Shown piece after piece: positions 1-14,200 of a stretch of DNA of 64,000 nucleotides. Every line of letters begins with the position of its first letter. The stretch's first letter is position 1. The stretch lies in NCBI GenBank assembly GCA_964188305.1, contig OZ076896.1; one strand, 5' to 3'. The position numbers and the translations under genes are program-made. Source of the DNA: Podarcis bocagei. Lineage: Eukaryota. The notes under the pieces were generated by a model. It had not been told where the DNA came from. It saw only the letters and a list, made by a program, of their open reading frames with translations, and ran no database searches.

Positions 1-1265
1 CAAAATGGCCTAGTGAAATATGAATGATCGCTTGAACATGTAAGCTGTTCTGAGCCTTCTTTGCAAGGAAAATCACAGCAAAGGAAGATGAAAGTGATTC
101 ATTTCTGCAGACCAGGAGTGCAATAGCTAAATGACACAATGCAATAATACTGTTGATTCAGAATACTTCAAATAGTGCTTCAGACTAAGGAAGGAAAGCA
201 TACATTTCAGGAAAAAAGCGGCTGATTTGTATGATTGCTTATTTTAAAATTCTTTGGCCGAGCCATTTAAGTTATTACTCCTTCCATGTCAAGTGGAAGA
301 ATGCTTCAGAAAATGAGACAAGTTCAGACAAAAGGTGATGCCTGGGGAATCAGATGTGACATAGGTTTCATGAGATGCAAGGCTGAACCTTCACAGGGTA
401 GGCTCTGCCTTTTATCTTTCAATAGCAGATAAACTGGATAACTCAGGAGTTCAAGGAGTGCAAATCTCTCTGATGACGCCTTAGAAATGATGAACTTGTC
501 ATCTCGGCATGACACTCTTTTCCCCAGCCTCCTAGGTCAAACATTCTCATCCTCCCCATAGCTGTTTCTGTGTCTGTATGCTGGCTTCACTGCCCTATTA
601 AAAAAAAAAAAGCAGATCCACACTCACAAAATTAGATGTGTAACTTAAAATATTTGATCCTTATCTCTCACACTGACGACGCTCCCACAAAATTTGACAG
701 GCATTTTCCCTATAGGAGATAATCAAGTTTAGCTGCTGGCTTGTAAAAAGCATTGTAAATAAAATCTTTACATTTAAGTCCCTTGCTGAAAAAATAAAGT
801 ATGTACATCTAGCCTACAATAGCTAGTTCAGTCACCAAAGCTAAAAGGAGAAACAAGTATCCAGACACTTAAAAAAAACACCCTATAAAATAGCATATTA
901 ACACAAAAAAATAGTGTGCCCCCTGCAGCCCACTCTGTTACTAAGTCAAATGAGTACGGCCAAATTACACAGAATGGGGGGAACCCAGGACACAATCTTC
1001 AAACATCTTTTTGGACACATAAAAGCACCTGCTAGGTACAAGAGTCAGTTGAAACAATGGTGCTTGCAAATAATATGCTTCTCCAACATTTCTCTCCATC
1101 AAATCTCATATTACGCCTGCCTTTTCCCTCCAAGCATGGTTCAGGAGCAGGATTAACACTCCCTACCCCAGCACTGATGCCACAAGACAACATCTCACAG
1201 CTTACCCCAGTGGTTGCTTTAATGTATTGACTTTCAGCGGAAGCCTAGAAGAGCTCAAAGTAGTA

Positions 1266-1434
1266 CCGTATTTTTTGCACCATAACACTCACCTTTTTCC
1301 TCCTAAAAAGTAAGGGGAAATGTCTGTGCGTGTTATGGAGGGAATGCCTATGGGTGGCATGCCTACGGATTTTCCTCCTCTAAAAACTATGTGCGTGTTA
1401 TGGTCGGGTGCGTGTTATAGAGCGAAAAATACGG
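1266..1434. mobile_element. Tc1/mariner-pogo-type MITE
   Basis: About 23-bp TIRs CCGTATTTTT...ATAACAC / GTGTTATA...AAAAATACGG, TA on both sides. Confidence 0.8.
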
Positions 1435-1810
1435 TACATTGTTCTGACATCCAAATGAGGTCTTCTCATGTTGCTCAGGCCAGCTTACCCCACCTCTTTC
1501 CCTGGGAGTGATCAGTTTAACATAAGAATGTAAGAGTCTGCTGAACCAGGCCAATGGTCAAGCTAGTCCAGTATCTTGTTCTCCACAAGCAGGACATGCG
1601 CACAAGAGCACACTGCCCTTCTGTGGTTTCCAGCAACTGGTATTAAGCTTAAAAAGGGGAGTCTCTGGGGCTGGAGCCAAGCACTCCATCATCTCCCTAT
1701 TACTGGTAGTTCTCTCCTAGCTCATGGCTTATGCTGGTTGTCTGGCAGTGGACTCCACTTCGAGAAGCAATCTTGGAAAAGTCCTGTGCAAAAGTCTCTC
1801 AGGCCTAGTA

Positions 1811-2068
1811 CAGTGGTACCTCAGGTTAAGCACTTAATTCGTTCTAGAGGTCTGTTCTTAACCTGAAACTGTTCTTAACCTGAGGTACCACTTTAGCTAA
1901 TGGGGCCTCCTGCTGCCGCCGCACTGCCGGAACACGATTTCTGTTCTCATGCTGAAGCAAAGTTCTTAACCCAAGGTACTATTTCTGGGTTAGTGGAGTC
2001 TGTAACCTGAAGCGTCTGTAACCTTTAATGTCTGTAACCTGAAGCGTCTGTAACCCGAGGTACCACTG
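1811..2068. mobile_element. Tc1/mariner (Tigger-like) MITE
   Basis: TIRs CAGTGGTACCTC(A/G)GGTTA at 17/18 identity, TA TSD; second family member at 61314-61530. Confidence 0.85.
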
Positions 2069-5000
2069 TACTTGAATCTATCTCTTCCACAGCCTGCAAG
2101 TTCTTCTGATGGCCCCTGCTTGTCTAAATCAGAGCTGCTATCTAGAGTGGGGGACCAATTCATAGATAATCCTAACTGGTAATTGAGCCTACTTATTTCC
2201 AAGTAGATGTGAGTTGCAAGCTACAGCTCTCCATTACAAAGCTTTGTATATGTTCTAGTGCACACAATGTCAGGTTGACCCAATAGGCAGTAGAGATGAC
2301 TCAGAATTCCAGTGGGTCGAAAAAAATCTTCAAGGAGGTACACCATCCATCTCTGCCAGTGTAACACTCTGGAAAGAAACATAATCATCCACCACCATTG
2401 CCAGAAAGGGCCAGGGGAGAGTTCTTTTTGCCCTAGATAGCAAAATAATTTAAATTAGCTTTCAACGTGCATGTGGAGCTCCTGTAAAAAACTGTTCCCC
2501 CCTCTTTGTGTACTAGGATTTTCCAGGCTCAACTGCCATCAAATCCTACTGATAGTTTGCCTACAGGAATGAATTACACTGTCTAAAACAGGTTATTTCC
2601 ACGATGGCATTTGATTTCTAAAAGCTTACAGGCCCTGTGCAGAGTGCTACAAACGCATCCGTACAAATATGTTCTTTCAATTGTCGAAAGGACGAGACCT
2701 TCCCTTTTATCTCCACCTTTGATTCTTGTTAATTTTTCATTGAATTCCATGCATTTATCCAACATTCTTGGGCCTATGCCACACATACGCCCTTATTGGC
2801 TCCCTTATTGGGTGTTTGCATTATGCCAGCTTCTCTGCCACCCCCTCCGTCCCCCTGCCAGTAAACAACAGCAACCCACCTGCCAGGAAACTAGCGTAGT
2901 GGCTCTTTCTCATCCATCAAACCACTTGTGTTGGGCCAATGGTCTGACTCCCTATGGCAGCTTCCAATGTACATACAAGTTAATTCATACTGTACACTTG
3001 ACAGCTATCGCTTAACATACACTGCAGCTGCATCTAGTTCCCAGACCAGCATGAAGTCCATATAAAGTCCATGGATGCATGCTTCTGGGTCTAGAGCTGC
3101 GATGCAATCTTCACATTAATGTATTTAAGATAGTTGTAACTAGCATCTCCAGGGCTGAGACAGTCTCCAGTAAAATAGACAATAAATCAGTAAGTGCTCC
3201 TTCAGGTAGGCATTAAGAATTCATTCATAGTGTGAAGCAGAATTTAGGCAGTTATTGTTTAATTTCTGAATCCCTTCCACCTCCTGATGTTCAACAAAAA
3301 ATACAGGAAGAGTCAAATTGGCATTGAATCACATACAGCCTTAGTAGGTTTTGTTAATTCTTCCTGCCTAAAATAATTATGTAATACTTCACTTACAGAA
3401 AACAGATGCATTGTGTTAGCAAAAATGTAGCATGGCCTTCAGCCAAGGGAACTATTATTCTTACCTGAAGTAGTGCTCTGTCTTTATCCCTTTGTGTCTG
3501 CAGATTTCAACAAGAAGTCACATCCTCCTGACCTCAAAAATGTGTGCAGCAGAACATTCAAACACCTGCAGGAATAGAGGATGCCTGTCTATTGTTAGCA
3601 GGCTTTGTCTGTTATTAATTGAAAGTCTGAATCTCCAGTGAAGAGGAATGATCCCGTCTTGAGGGGAGAAAGAGTTTGTCAGAGGAAGAGACAAGTATTG
3701 TTTTAAGATCACGTTTTATTTTTCATTCAGAATTGCTGCGGGTTTTCATCATTCCTGCAGGTGGTAACACAACAGCTGCTATTTAAGCTGTGCATGTTGA
3801 CACATACATCATATTAGAGTGACCTATAAAGACTCTAATCAAATCTCCATTGAAAGAATTAAACTTAAAATGGCACATAGAGAGAGAGGAGTCTCATAAA
3901 TATATGTAGCCCTATTGCAGCCTTATTGGTTTGTTTATAAGAATTCAATCCTGCCTTTCCACAGAAGACCCCTTAGGCAGCTTACAAAATTTAGCCATAT
4001 GAAATCAGAATAAAAACAATTAACAGTGCAATCCTATACATATCTACTCCGGGTAAGTGAGTACAGTATAGGACTGCAGCTGAGAATTAATAAAAATCAG
4101 AATTCAAAACAGCAACTTAATAAGTTTCACTTAAATGGGCTGAAATGGCCTAAGGAGTTGTAGTCCAACAGCAACTTGAGGTTGTGTAAAAGACAGTAAG
4201 TAACAAGGGATGGAGCTGTAAATATGTCTGGGAAGGCAATCCTTAGTCAAGTGCCACACCCAATTAATCTCTGAAGGTGGGGGCACCCAGAGCAAAGTAC
4301 CCATTAATGACTTACTGCCAGTCTTGTTCTAATGCAAGTCTAACTTCTCCATTATACGTAACAGACATTCATCCCCTAAATTTGTCTTCTCCTCATGACT
4401 TGGGGTCCCTTCCAACTCTACAATTCTAAGACTGCCTCTGGAGCTCACCAGAGTTTTGTCTTCCTCTTGCTGGCCAAAACCTTTAGAGCAGGAATGGGTA
4501 ACCTACTTTAGAGACACTGCAGAGGAGCTCTGCAATAAATTTCTAATCCTACCACATAAGCAAGCTGACATAATCTTATGTCAGCTTCTTACATAAGATC
4601 AGGGATTCATTGGGGCAATGCCATCTCAGAAGGGGGGGGGGTTGCTTTTACAGGTGCCAGGAAAGCATTGCACTATGAACTGAAGTTTTGCAGAGAGCAA
4701 AATTCTTTTGTGTGTGTTTTCTGGTGGTCACTGCTGGAATATAGTACAATTGCTTTTTATGTGGCTGCCACAGGAGAATACAAGGTGTACTTCTCTGAAT
4801 TGTCTTAGGTACACATATTTTATATAGAACAAAAATGAGATACTTTAAATTTTGTTTTCCCCCTCCCAACAGCTATTCTCTTTCCGATCCTAATTCTAGC
4901 ATTTATAAAGATCTGATCATATACAGGTTTTTTGCCTGAGGTGCTGAATAATTTCCATTTCTTTACTCAGTGAAGATCTTTTGTGTAACTGTAATCTTCC

Positions 5001-5991
5001 TCTAATCTCTTCTCAGGTGACACCCAACCAGTAATCTTCTGGGATCTTTACAGGTTATAAAGAAGAAAGGCTTTGTGCATATGCAATTCCGTGCTGACAC
5101 AATTAAAAGAGTTGTTTTCCTCTTTAAGCATCTGCATCCCTTTAGTGAGTAATATGCTCCCTTTGGACCATTAAGATGCTTCAAGGCATCCCTGACCTGA
5201 CCTCTTTTTGAAGAAGTATGCCTGGGGCTTGTGGTAGCTCCCCTGCCTTAGTTTGCCACATCTTGTTAAAAAAAGAGAACGGGAAATTACAACAATGCAG
5301 AAAGAAAAGGGCAAAAGTTGACCCATGGGAAAGAGACTGTATGAGGAAAGAATTAGCAGTGATGTTCCTGCTTGTTAATATAAGACATCTCTACTGTTCA
5401 AAAGCAAAAGAAGAAGGGAAACCAGAACAAAAAAAGGTGCCCCTCTTTACACGTAACTGCTGTGCTTTAATAGCTGGAGCATCAAAGGCTGAAACAGTAT
5501 TTCAGGATGCTCAAATATCACTATAAGGGGCATAAAATGTCACATTAGAATTGCATAGTAAGAACAGAGACAGAAATCAATAAATAGAAAGCTATCACAC
5601 TTTATCTGTGGAGTGTGATATGCAGGAAGAGAAAGAAAACCTGCAAAGGATTCCACTGGGAGCTAATTAGGTATATTCCAAACAAACAAACAAAAAAGCA
5701 GGTAAATTATGTTGTCTTTCCTCTAGATAAGGGGTGAGGAACCTGTGGGTGCTCAGGTGTTGTTGAACTCCAGCTCCCATCAGCCCCAACGAGGCCCACA
5801 CTTCTTGCTGCAGAGCCCACTGCCAACAGTCTCTGCACCATCACTTCCTCACCTGTTTGTCTTCTCCCTACCAGCACTTGTCCCCAGCTGCCAGTGCTCT
5901 TCCTAGCAAGTGAGTGCACAATAATACTGGGGAGGAGGGGAAAGAACTGGCCGCAGCTGGTTGCCATGGCAGTAGGGAGATAGTGGTTGGC

Positions 5992-6568
5992 TAGGGTTGC
6001 CAACCCTAGGGTTGGTCAGGCAAAATAAGGGACAGGCCGGGCAAAATACAGGACAGATCAGGAGGAAATTGGGGGGGGGGCTCTAAATATTACATTACCT
6101 GGTGCAGAAATGACTTCAAAGCAATCCATTACTCTCTCCCTTGCTCTCTAATGCTGAGTCTCTGTCTCTGACCCACCACCCCCACAAAACCCAAGACTCC
6201 ACCATAGCAGGCCCATGCACTGCAAGCCCCCTCTCTCAGTCTCTGCAACTCACCCTCTGCCCACTCAAAAACTCTCTCAGACTCCTCCTCCTGGCCCTAT
6301 ACCACCCTCTGCCGCATCCTGCAATGACTCTTGCTTTCTTGGCTCCCCTCCTCATGGATCCACCTTCTGCCTGCACAAACTTCCACTCAGGCTCTCGCTC
6401 TCCTCCTTCCACTGGACCCACTCTCTGTCCCACAGTTTGGAGAAGGAAGAGGAGCTTGAATATGTGAAAAAGACATCCCGTTTGAAGTCCAAACAGGACA
6501 GGTGATGCTTTTCTCCCCTCCAAAAAAAAAGGATGATCATGTTTTTCCAGGGATGGGTGGCAACCCTA
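5992..6568. mobile_element. Non-autonomous hAT-like element
   Basis: TIRs TAGGGTTGCCA / TGGCAACCCTA; TSD not evident. Confidence 0.5.
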
Positions 6569-7280
6569 CGGTGGAATCACCCTGACAGAGGGGAGGTGCA
6601 CAGAGTGTGTCCTGCCCAAGGACCCTCCAAAACCTGGAGCCACCCTGCTTGTCTGTATCTGACCTATAAGATGAGTGTATGAGGGAGCAATAAAACTGTG
6701 TTCCCACACAATTAGGCTCTGCATGGTTCCAATATGACACAACTAGAGGGTGGGTGGGACTTGGCAGGAGTAGTACAGAAACATTATCTGACGTATCATC
6801 ACATCAAGCAAGAATGGGGAACCCTCAGGTGAGCAATCCAGTCTGCAGTGAGACGTCTTCTGAGATTCTGTTGCTGCATCTAATCTCCTTATAGCATGGC
6901 AGACTTGCAGCCTACCTGCAGTGTCATCCTGAAGCTTGCTTGCAAAATGCCCCCACCTCTTGACATCTGTGTGTGTATATGTGCATGCAGTAAAGGGGTT
7001 TGTAGAGCATCACAACATGGTAGACATCAAGACAGAGAGATCTGGCTCAGAAAAGTATTGAGGGCAAGACTAAAAGGTACAAGAGATCAGGTGAAAAGAA
7101 AACCATCTAACGGGGAGAGAAAAATTCTGTCTCCATCCTTTTTTCCTTCTTTGTACCATGAGGAAGCATTCTACAAATGTCAAAAGGTAATTCATTGCCT
7201 TCTTGTTTTGGTGGGTTCGAAGAAAGGTTGTGATCCTGTAATAAATAAATAACATCTTTCCAACAACAAATGTTTACAAA

Positions 7281-7297
7281 TGGCCACTAGATGGCTC
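7281..7297 (+). promoter_or_regulatory. Putative CTCF binding site
   Basis: TGGCCACTAGATGGCTC closely matches the CTCF core CCAC(T/C)AG(A/G)(T/G)GGC; motif evidence only. Confidence 0.5.
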
Positions 7298-7907
7298 TTG
7301 TGTACCATATAAACAAAATTCTGTGCTGAAGTGCCTGTGGTGGGTTTCATTGTTATTCCATCAACCTGCATTTGGGTTTGTCAGAATATTGCCCGAAATT
7401 GTCCCTCCAAGTAGCCCACCAACAACATGCACATCTGTCACACCATATAAATAACTCAAAACAGTGCATTCCAATTATTACCACATAAATTTCCCAATAG
7501 CCACTTTATGTAACACACTAAGCTGATTTAAAGCAGAACATGTCTTCCCCTCACCCATCTACTTTTATTACAAGGGAAATTGGCTATTACAGGTTCATTA
7601 TCACTGTCTCAGGTGAGATGCCCCATTTTCTCTCCAGTTACCAAACTGATGGCACTCATAGACAATTCTATTTTGATCTTGATATGCCAGGCAGCTTGCT
7701 CTACTTTGTAAATGAAGATACATAAAACACGCTGTACATATAGGATCCCATCTCTGCAATAGTCCAGTCTTCTTCTTGTTTTACTTTTCACATGTTCAGC
7801 CAAATGGTTTTTGCAGATCGTTTTGTGTTGTGTCCGCCATTTTGTACTAACTCATGTTGAAGCCCTGGATACAGGGTCAGTGTCAAGTATTGAGATCAGG
7901 GGACACC

Positions 7908-8310
7908 TGTCAAGGCACAACTCCAAAGAGGAGAGCCCCCTGACCCTGCTATTCCTCTTGCTGCTGCTCCCTGTTCACCTACCCTCTCCAAGTGAGGGAG
8001 GAGTGATATGAGTGACAAAGCCACTTCCAGCCTGCCCAGGAGGTGGGGTTGCGGGCTTCACGCCCACCCCACATGAACAGGGGCTGGTTTCAGCCCCCGC
8101 GAGAGCAGGGGAATCCCGGCCGCGTCGTCCACCCAGCCAGCCTTCCCGTGTCTCCAGCAAATGGGCTGGAGCCGGATAGTCGATAGGACCAATGCCTAAG
8201 CCAATGCCTCTCATTCCTGAAGTTGTGGCCTAATTCGCCCATTTAACCTTAAATTATGGTGTTTTGTGTCTTTATTTATCCTTGGGGGGGGGGCGGGAAC
8301 TCGCCACGCA
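7908..8310 (+). mobile_element. Solo-LTR-like element, same family as 11325-12091
   Basis: Starts TGTCAAGGC; 3' part (GCCTAAGCCAAT...GGCCTAA...TAACCTTAAA...TGTGTCT...TTTATTT) is homologous to about 11955-12090. Confidence 0.5.
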
Positions 8311-8769
8311 AAAAGCAGCATCAGTCCCTTCCAGATACTGCCCAGAACAAAACAGCACGTGAACACGGCCACAGCAACAGCGATGAAGAAGAGGTGGTGC
8401 TACCCAAGGATGGGGTTGCTGAAAGCATCTTCTTTGTGCCCCCTTCCCACAACCCCCCCCCCCTGTCAAGATATGTTATGTTAGCTTTATTTTTCAGCTT
8501 GTTGACTTTGGCCCTGGCTATGGTCCTGATCTGTCTCAGGCTCCCTTCACGGGCAATTTGCACAAGAAAATCAGCAAGTGGGAGTTCCCAATGCATATCA
8601 CAAGCACAAAGCTATAAAGCTCCCTCTCCCCCATGGTAGGGTCCTGATCTGGCTCAGGCCTCCCACACTGGCAATACATGTGAAGGAAAAGGTCCACACT
8701 CAAAGCAGTGGTGGGGAAGCTCCTGCCTATATAAATAGTTGGGCCTCTCAGGCTTCCCCATTTGGCCTG

Positions 8770-9020
8770 AACTGCTCAGTTAGTTATCACCAGTGTGATG
8801 GTGATAACGGCAAGGTTGCAGGTTTGATTCCTGTAAGGGACAGCTGCATATTCCTACATTACAGGGGATTGGACCATAGCTGTCAACTTTTCCCTTTTCT
8901 TGCGAGGAATCCTATTCGGAATAAGGCAATTTCCCTTTAAAAAAGGGAAACATTGATAACTATGGATTGAACTAGATGATCCTCAGGATGCCTTCCAAGT
9001 TTTTGATTTTATGATCTATG
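8770..9020 (+). mobile_element. Decayed tRNA-derived SINE with CR1-like tail, interrupted by a MITE
   Basis: Box A/B-like GCTCAGTTAG...GGTTTGATTCC head and TAGATGATCC...TTTTATGATCTATG tail. Confidence 0.55.
8875..8964. mobile_element. 90-bp hAT-type MITE nested in a SINE
   Basis: TIRs CATAGCTGTCAA / TTGATAACTATG; 8-bp TSD GATTGGAC / GATTGAAC. Confidence 0.75.
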
Positions 9021-10928
9021 GGCTCTGCCTTGTATCTGTAGATATCTATGATGTCAGGTATGGGACAAGAAAAAGAAGGTGGGGCCAAAGAGATTTGGCA
9101 GGCACCACCGATATGCTGTTTACCTGAAATCATAGTGATGTCATGTGATTGGCGGGTAGCTGGCTCCACCCACATGTCAAACTTAGCTTATGGGGGTAGA
9201 TAAGGATCTAGAACACCCCTGACTTAAAGGTGCAGCTGTGTAGCTGATGTAATGTGAGGATCTTCTGTTCTAGCAGTGTGGGGAGAGTTACTTTAAAATC
9301 CCACTTGAATGCACCTAAAGTGCCTCTTGGGAGCCCAATGGCATTAAAGGTAGGGTGATGGTTACATTGCATAACCCAGGGGAACCCAAGTACAATATCA
9401 CAGAAATCCAGATTGTGTTCGACCTCAAAGCAAGATTGACCTAAAACTGGTTAATTTAACAAATTAGTACTGAACTAGTTTCTACATGTTAAGGAAGTCT
9501 TTCCATCAGTGGACTCTATTTATACTGTTGCTAAGAGGCCTATTGCTTTTGAAGGGGTGTTTATTCAGTGTTTTCAAAGCCTTCATTATGAAATGCAATT
9601 TGCAAAGGTTTGTAAATGAGTTGGGAAGACTAGGGCTTTACTTTTACAGTATCAGAGCTAATCTTCGTTACATTAATTTCTTCCTTCCCGCTGAGATCTT
9701 TCTTTTACCTTGTTCTCAATGACACATTTTTTGAAATTAATGCCAACAGTCTGATATCCTTTGATCATTTATCAGAGAAGTCATGTAGTAAAAAACATTT
9801 AGCTAAGTATTAGAATGGAACATCAAAAAAGAAAGTGCTGATAACTTAATTGAGATACAACAGAAGTGAGAAATCTGCTCAGTGCTGAGGGCACCCTTGG
9901 AAAGGCATCACAAGATAAGAGATCCACAGCAAATCTGCATAACACTGAGATGTAACTGACACAATTTGCATAACATCTTTAGAAGCAGCACATCATTTGC
10001 TGATTAGCAGAAATATCACTTTTCTGTAATGCAAACAGGTACAATAATAGGTACACACCATTTGGCAGCTGATCAGCAATTAACATGTTCTGTTACATCG
10101 AAATTGGAGTCATATGTATGTTGCAGAAAGAGAGAAGCTCACTGGGGCACTTAAGATAAACCTTTCCCAAGCTGATTCCCTCCAACAGTTTTGGACTACA
10201 AGTAACTACTTGACCATTGCTGGGAATGATGGGAATTGTAGTCCAAAACATTTGGAGGGCCTCCAAGTTAGGGATGTCTGCCTTAGATCAAGTGCAGCTG
10301 TTTCCTTCTGCCCAAAGATTAGTGCCATTTCAGCACCAGAACATCTCTGTTCACCAACCTCTAAGTAGAGCAGGTCATTTCACTTCATGCAAAACTGTAG
10401 TTCAGAGTCTTCCCATGTCATGGCAAAAAGAAAAAGAAAAAAAAGAGCAGAGTCTTCACTTTCTAGCTTCTGAAGAAGCTTGATCAAGCTTCAATTTTTG
10501 CTATGCACCTTTGGCTGGGATGTTTTCCTCTCATTTGGGGTGGGGTGGAAGTCTTGGCAGTTTTTGAAGTGTCATAAATTCCCACTTTGTTCGCTGAGTG
10601 TTCTGGGCATCTAGATTCCACACACTCAATATGACAGGTCTAAAATGTTCCCGACCATGAGACTGTCACTTCTAAAACCATGCTGTTTACTTACACTATT
10701 GGAACCACAATATAAATTGGTGTTATTTTGATTAGCTTCTGAATTTCTGAGAAATTAGGACACACACTGTTGTAACACTTCCACATTTTTTTCTTTACAA
10801 CCATGAAGACTAGAAATCTTGTTTTAAATCAAAGTTGGGATGCTCAAAATCCTAACATGAGCCCACATGATGCAAAAGTTCCTCAGGAATAGTATGCTGC
10901 CTAACCATGGAAAACAAAAAAACAACTG

Positions 10929-11231
10929 CTAAATATAGATTTTTGAGTACTGTTGACTTCTAAGTTCATATACTTCAATCCCATTGTTTCTCAGGGGTTC
11001 TTTTTCATCTACCGTATCAATATCTTTCATCTGTGGGAAGTAAGCAGGAGAAGCTTTGCATTCATAGTGCCTGTCAAGGGATTTCAAGTGTATCAGCATG
11101 TGGAGAGCATAGGCCAGAACCAGAAGCAAAATCAGAGACATCACCAGGCCCATCAGGATTGCTGGCGGAAACAAAGAGGCACAGTCTTTGGCATAAGCAA
11201 ACTGCCCGTCTTCAATGTTGAATCCTTGAAT
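10929..11231 (-). CDS. ATP6AP1L: ATP6AP1L last coding exon (IQGFNIEDGQFAYAKDCASLF-TM-cytoplasmic tail-stop)
   Basis: ctctcaacag acceptor at 11232-11233; hydrophobic TM segment ILMGLVMSLILLLVLAYALHMLI; TAG at 10929-10931. Confidence 0.95.
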   Translation of the reverse strand: MQGFNIEDGQFAYAKDCASLFPPAILMGLVMSLILLLVLAYALHMLIHLKSLDRHYECKASPAYFPQMKDIDTVDEKEPLRNNGIEVYELRSQQYSKIYI

Positions 11232-14200
11232 CTGTTGAGAGAATAAAATGGTGTGGATTAAAAATCCTCTCTCTCCTGGCTAAAGGAATCTCATTATTTT
11301 CTCCCCATTGTTAAATTGGAACATCCTAAAGGATGGTCCTGGTTGCGGGTGGGCCCACAATACAGTCCCCCCCCCCAACCTGGCATGGGGGGAGTGATGT
11401 CCTTTATGCCAGGGTGGCACCACGATCACCCCAGGCCTCTTTTGGCCAATCACGATTTGAGTGGGGTGATCGTGGGGGGGTATAAAAGCAGCAGCATTGA
11501 TGTGTGCTGAGCACCTGCTTCGCACTGCCGAACACCCGCCCACCCTTCCTTTTGTTTTAGGTGCCCCCTGGCCTTGCTTTGGACTTTGATTGGTGGCCTG
11601 TCTTGGGAAGCAAAGGAATTTTCCATTTGGTAGATTGGCACTGGCCACTTGGTTTTCAACTATCTCTTAGCAATCTTCACAACTTTGTATGGTTTGGCGG
11701 TTAGGCATTTGTTTATTGATGTGGGGGGGAGGGGAGGTCAGCCATCGCCTGCCCCTCCATGTTCAAGGGTATTCCATTAAAGGAATCCGGGGCCTGGATC
11801 CTGTCCGAAGTCCCCTTGAGGGGTAGGGCCAGGCCAGGCCTCTGGGAACACCGAGGAGAGCTGCAGACAGCTTTCCCCGATGTGGCTTCCTCATTGGTGG
11901 TTTACCCTTCCTGACTCCCTGCAAGGTGGGCAGGAGTCAGATATAGTCTATTGTCAATGCCTAAGCCAATACCGCTCACATTTGCTGTAATCAATAAAGT
12001 TGCGGCCTAAATTTTGCCCATTAACCTTAAACCAAAATTTGTGTCTGTGTGAATTTATTTCTTCTGGGGAGCTGGCTTGGGGGCCTTGACAAGCGACCAA
12101 GATTCTTGAACATCAATTGTTGTAATTCAGTATAAGCCTGGCTTTTAAATGTACTATTTTATTGTGGTCTGCTACCAAGGCAACCCATAATCAACTGATT
12201 TGTTGAGGTAGACCTGTTTATACAGATAGAGACATAAAGGTTTGCAGAATTTACTTGTGCTGATGCTGTGGGTGATGCAGTTGTTCATACATCTCAGGCT
12301 CAGGCTATAACTCTCAGAATGAATCATCCTTCTTTGAAGGATAAATATTTTGACGTTCTTACTCGGCTCTGATTTTAACCTGAGCTATGGAAGAATATCT
12401 CCCACGTGATGTTTGTTTAGTGCCCTGGGGAAACCTCATTTCCCAAGGCCCCTACCAGGTGTGGCTGACAGGACTCCACAGGTCAATGTTCTGGTTACTG
12501 AGAGTGGGAGGAGGCACGGCAGTGGGGAGCTCAGCACAGTGCAAGCACGGCACAGAGAGCATCAGATATGTTCTGCTGATGCACCTGCATCATGCTGAGT
12601 TCCCTGCTGCTTTCCCCCTTCCCCTCTCAGCAACCAGAAGTGGCACACAGTGTTGGCAAGGCAGGAGAGCAATGCAATTCTGCCCAGGTTGCCCGACCAG
12701 TGGAAAACAGCGCTAGGGCTCAGATGCCTCCTTCTCTACCTCTGGAGCAGTCCAGGACGAAAGGAGAGAGACAACAGTTGCACTGAAGATGCCACAACAA
12801 TAACTACCAAGTAAGAGAATTGGCGAGATCACATGGGGGCTGCAAATTATTAATATTTTTAGAACTTTGGGGAAAATAGGTCTTTCTCCCCACTAGGGAT
12901 GGGGCGTTCACCCATCTCTAGTTATTTTAAAGGCCTTTAGAATTGCAACTAAGCAGCACTCATTGTTCCATGTACAGCATTTTTGGAGTTTTATCCTTAT
13001 CTCCCTGTGACTCGTCACCTGTCCTACACCCTTGTCTACCAGAAAGACCCTCTGAATAGCGGTTGCCAACCTTTTCAAAATGAGCACCACAAGTCAAGTC
13101 CAGATCTGAGCTTATTAAGTTGGGGGTGGACAAAGCAGTCAACAAGATTTCCCCAAGTGGTTCTTTATAGTAAGCTGGAACTGAATTAAACTGCAAACAG
13201 CTCAGCCGGCCTGCTCTTATAGGCAGCCGGCTGTCAACATTGTCAACATTGTAATGACAACAACCCAGGGTTTCCCGCCTAAATTAACTTACGTGGACCT
13301 GAGTAAAAACTATATACACAATACCCCTGGTGGCCAGGGTGAGAACTTCAATACATAACAGAGCTGATATAACAGTGTCTTCTACAAAACATACATAGGC
13401 CCTTCTCCAATCTGCTGAGCCAGGGAGCATTGCAACACATGACTGTGTGCCACAGACCCTCCCACTCTTGTCTAGAAGTGGTATGAAATATCTTGAATCA
13501 TTTCTCCAAGTTAATACAGGGGCTCAGTAATGTTCCCTTCCCAATCTACATTGCTCATGACTCTTCCGCTGATCCCCAAACTATACATCAAAATAGCTGT
13601 GGTCGATAGCCCATTGAGCCACAGAACCAGGATGTTAATTTTATCAAACCAGGTTAGGATTGGAGGAGTCAAAACAGCAGAACCTTCCACTACACCTCGA
13701 TTGAAGTGAGTGTGTATGCTATACATGTTGAGAAAGAGAAAAGCAGGAACTCTAGAAAAACCCATCACAGAGGTGGAGATGATTTTGCTATTTATCTGAG
13801 GGGGGACATGTCAGCTCACCTACAGTAGACACTGGGTAATGGGCCTGTACATAAGAGCATAAGAAGAGCTTACTGGATCAGGCCAATGACCCATCTAACC
13901 CAGCATCCTGTTCTCACAGTGGCTAGCCGGATGCCTGTGGAAAGTCTGTGAGCAAGACATGAGCACAACAACCCGAGGTGCGTAGATTGCTCTTCCATCA
14001 AACACAGAAGAATCAGGAGCCCAGCAGCCAGTTTCACAGTAAAAATTCTCTCCAGGAAGACATTTATTCTTGTAGAAGCTGAAAATCAACAATGCTGAAA
14101 AACAGGAGTGGGCACCCTAGCCAACATGTAAAAATAAATGAGGGTAAAAGAGTCTCTCCCCAACAGCATAATCAGTTTAAGATTTGAAATATTCTCATGT

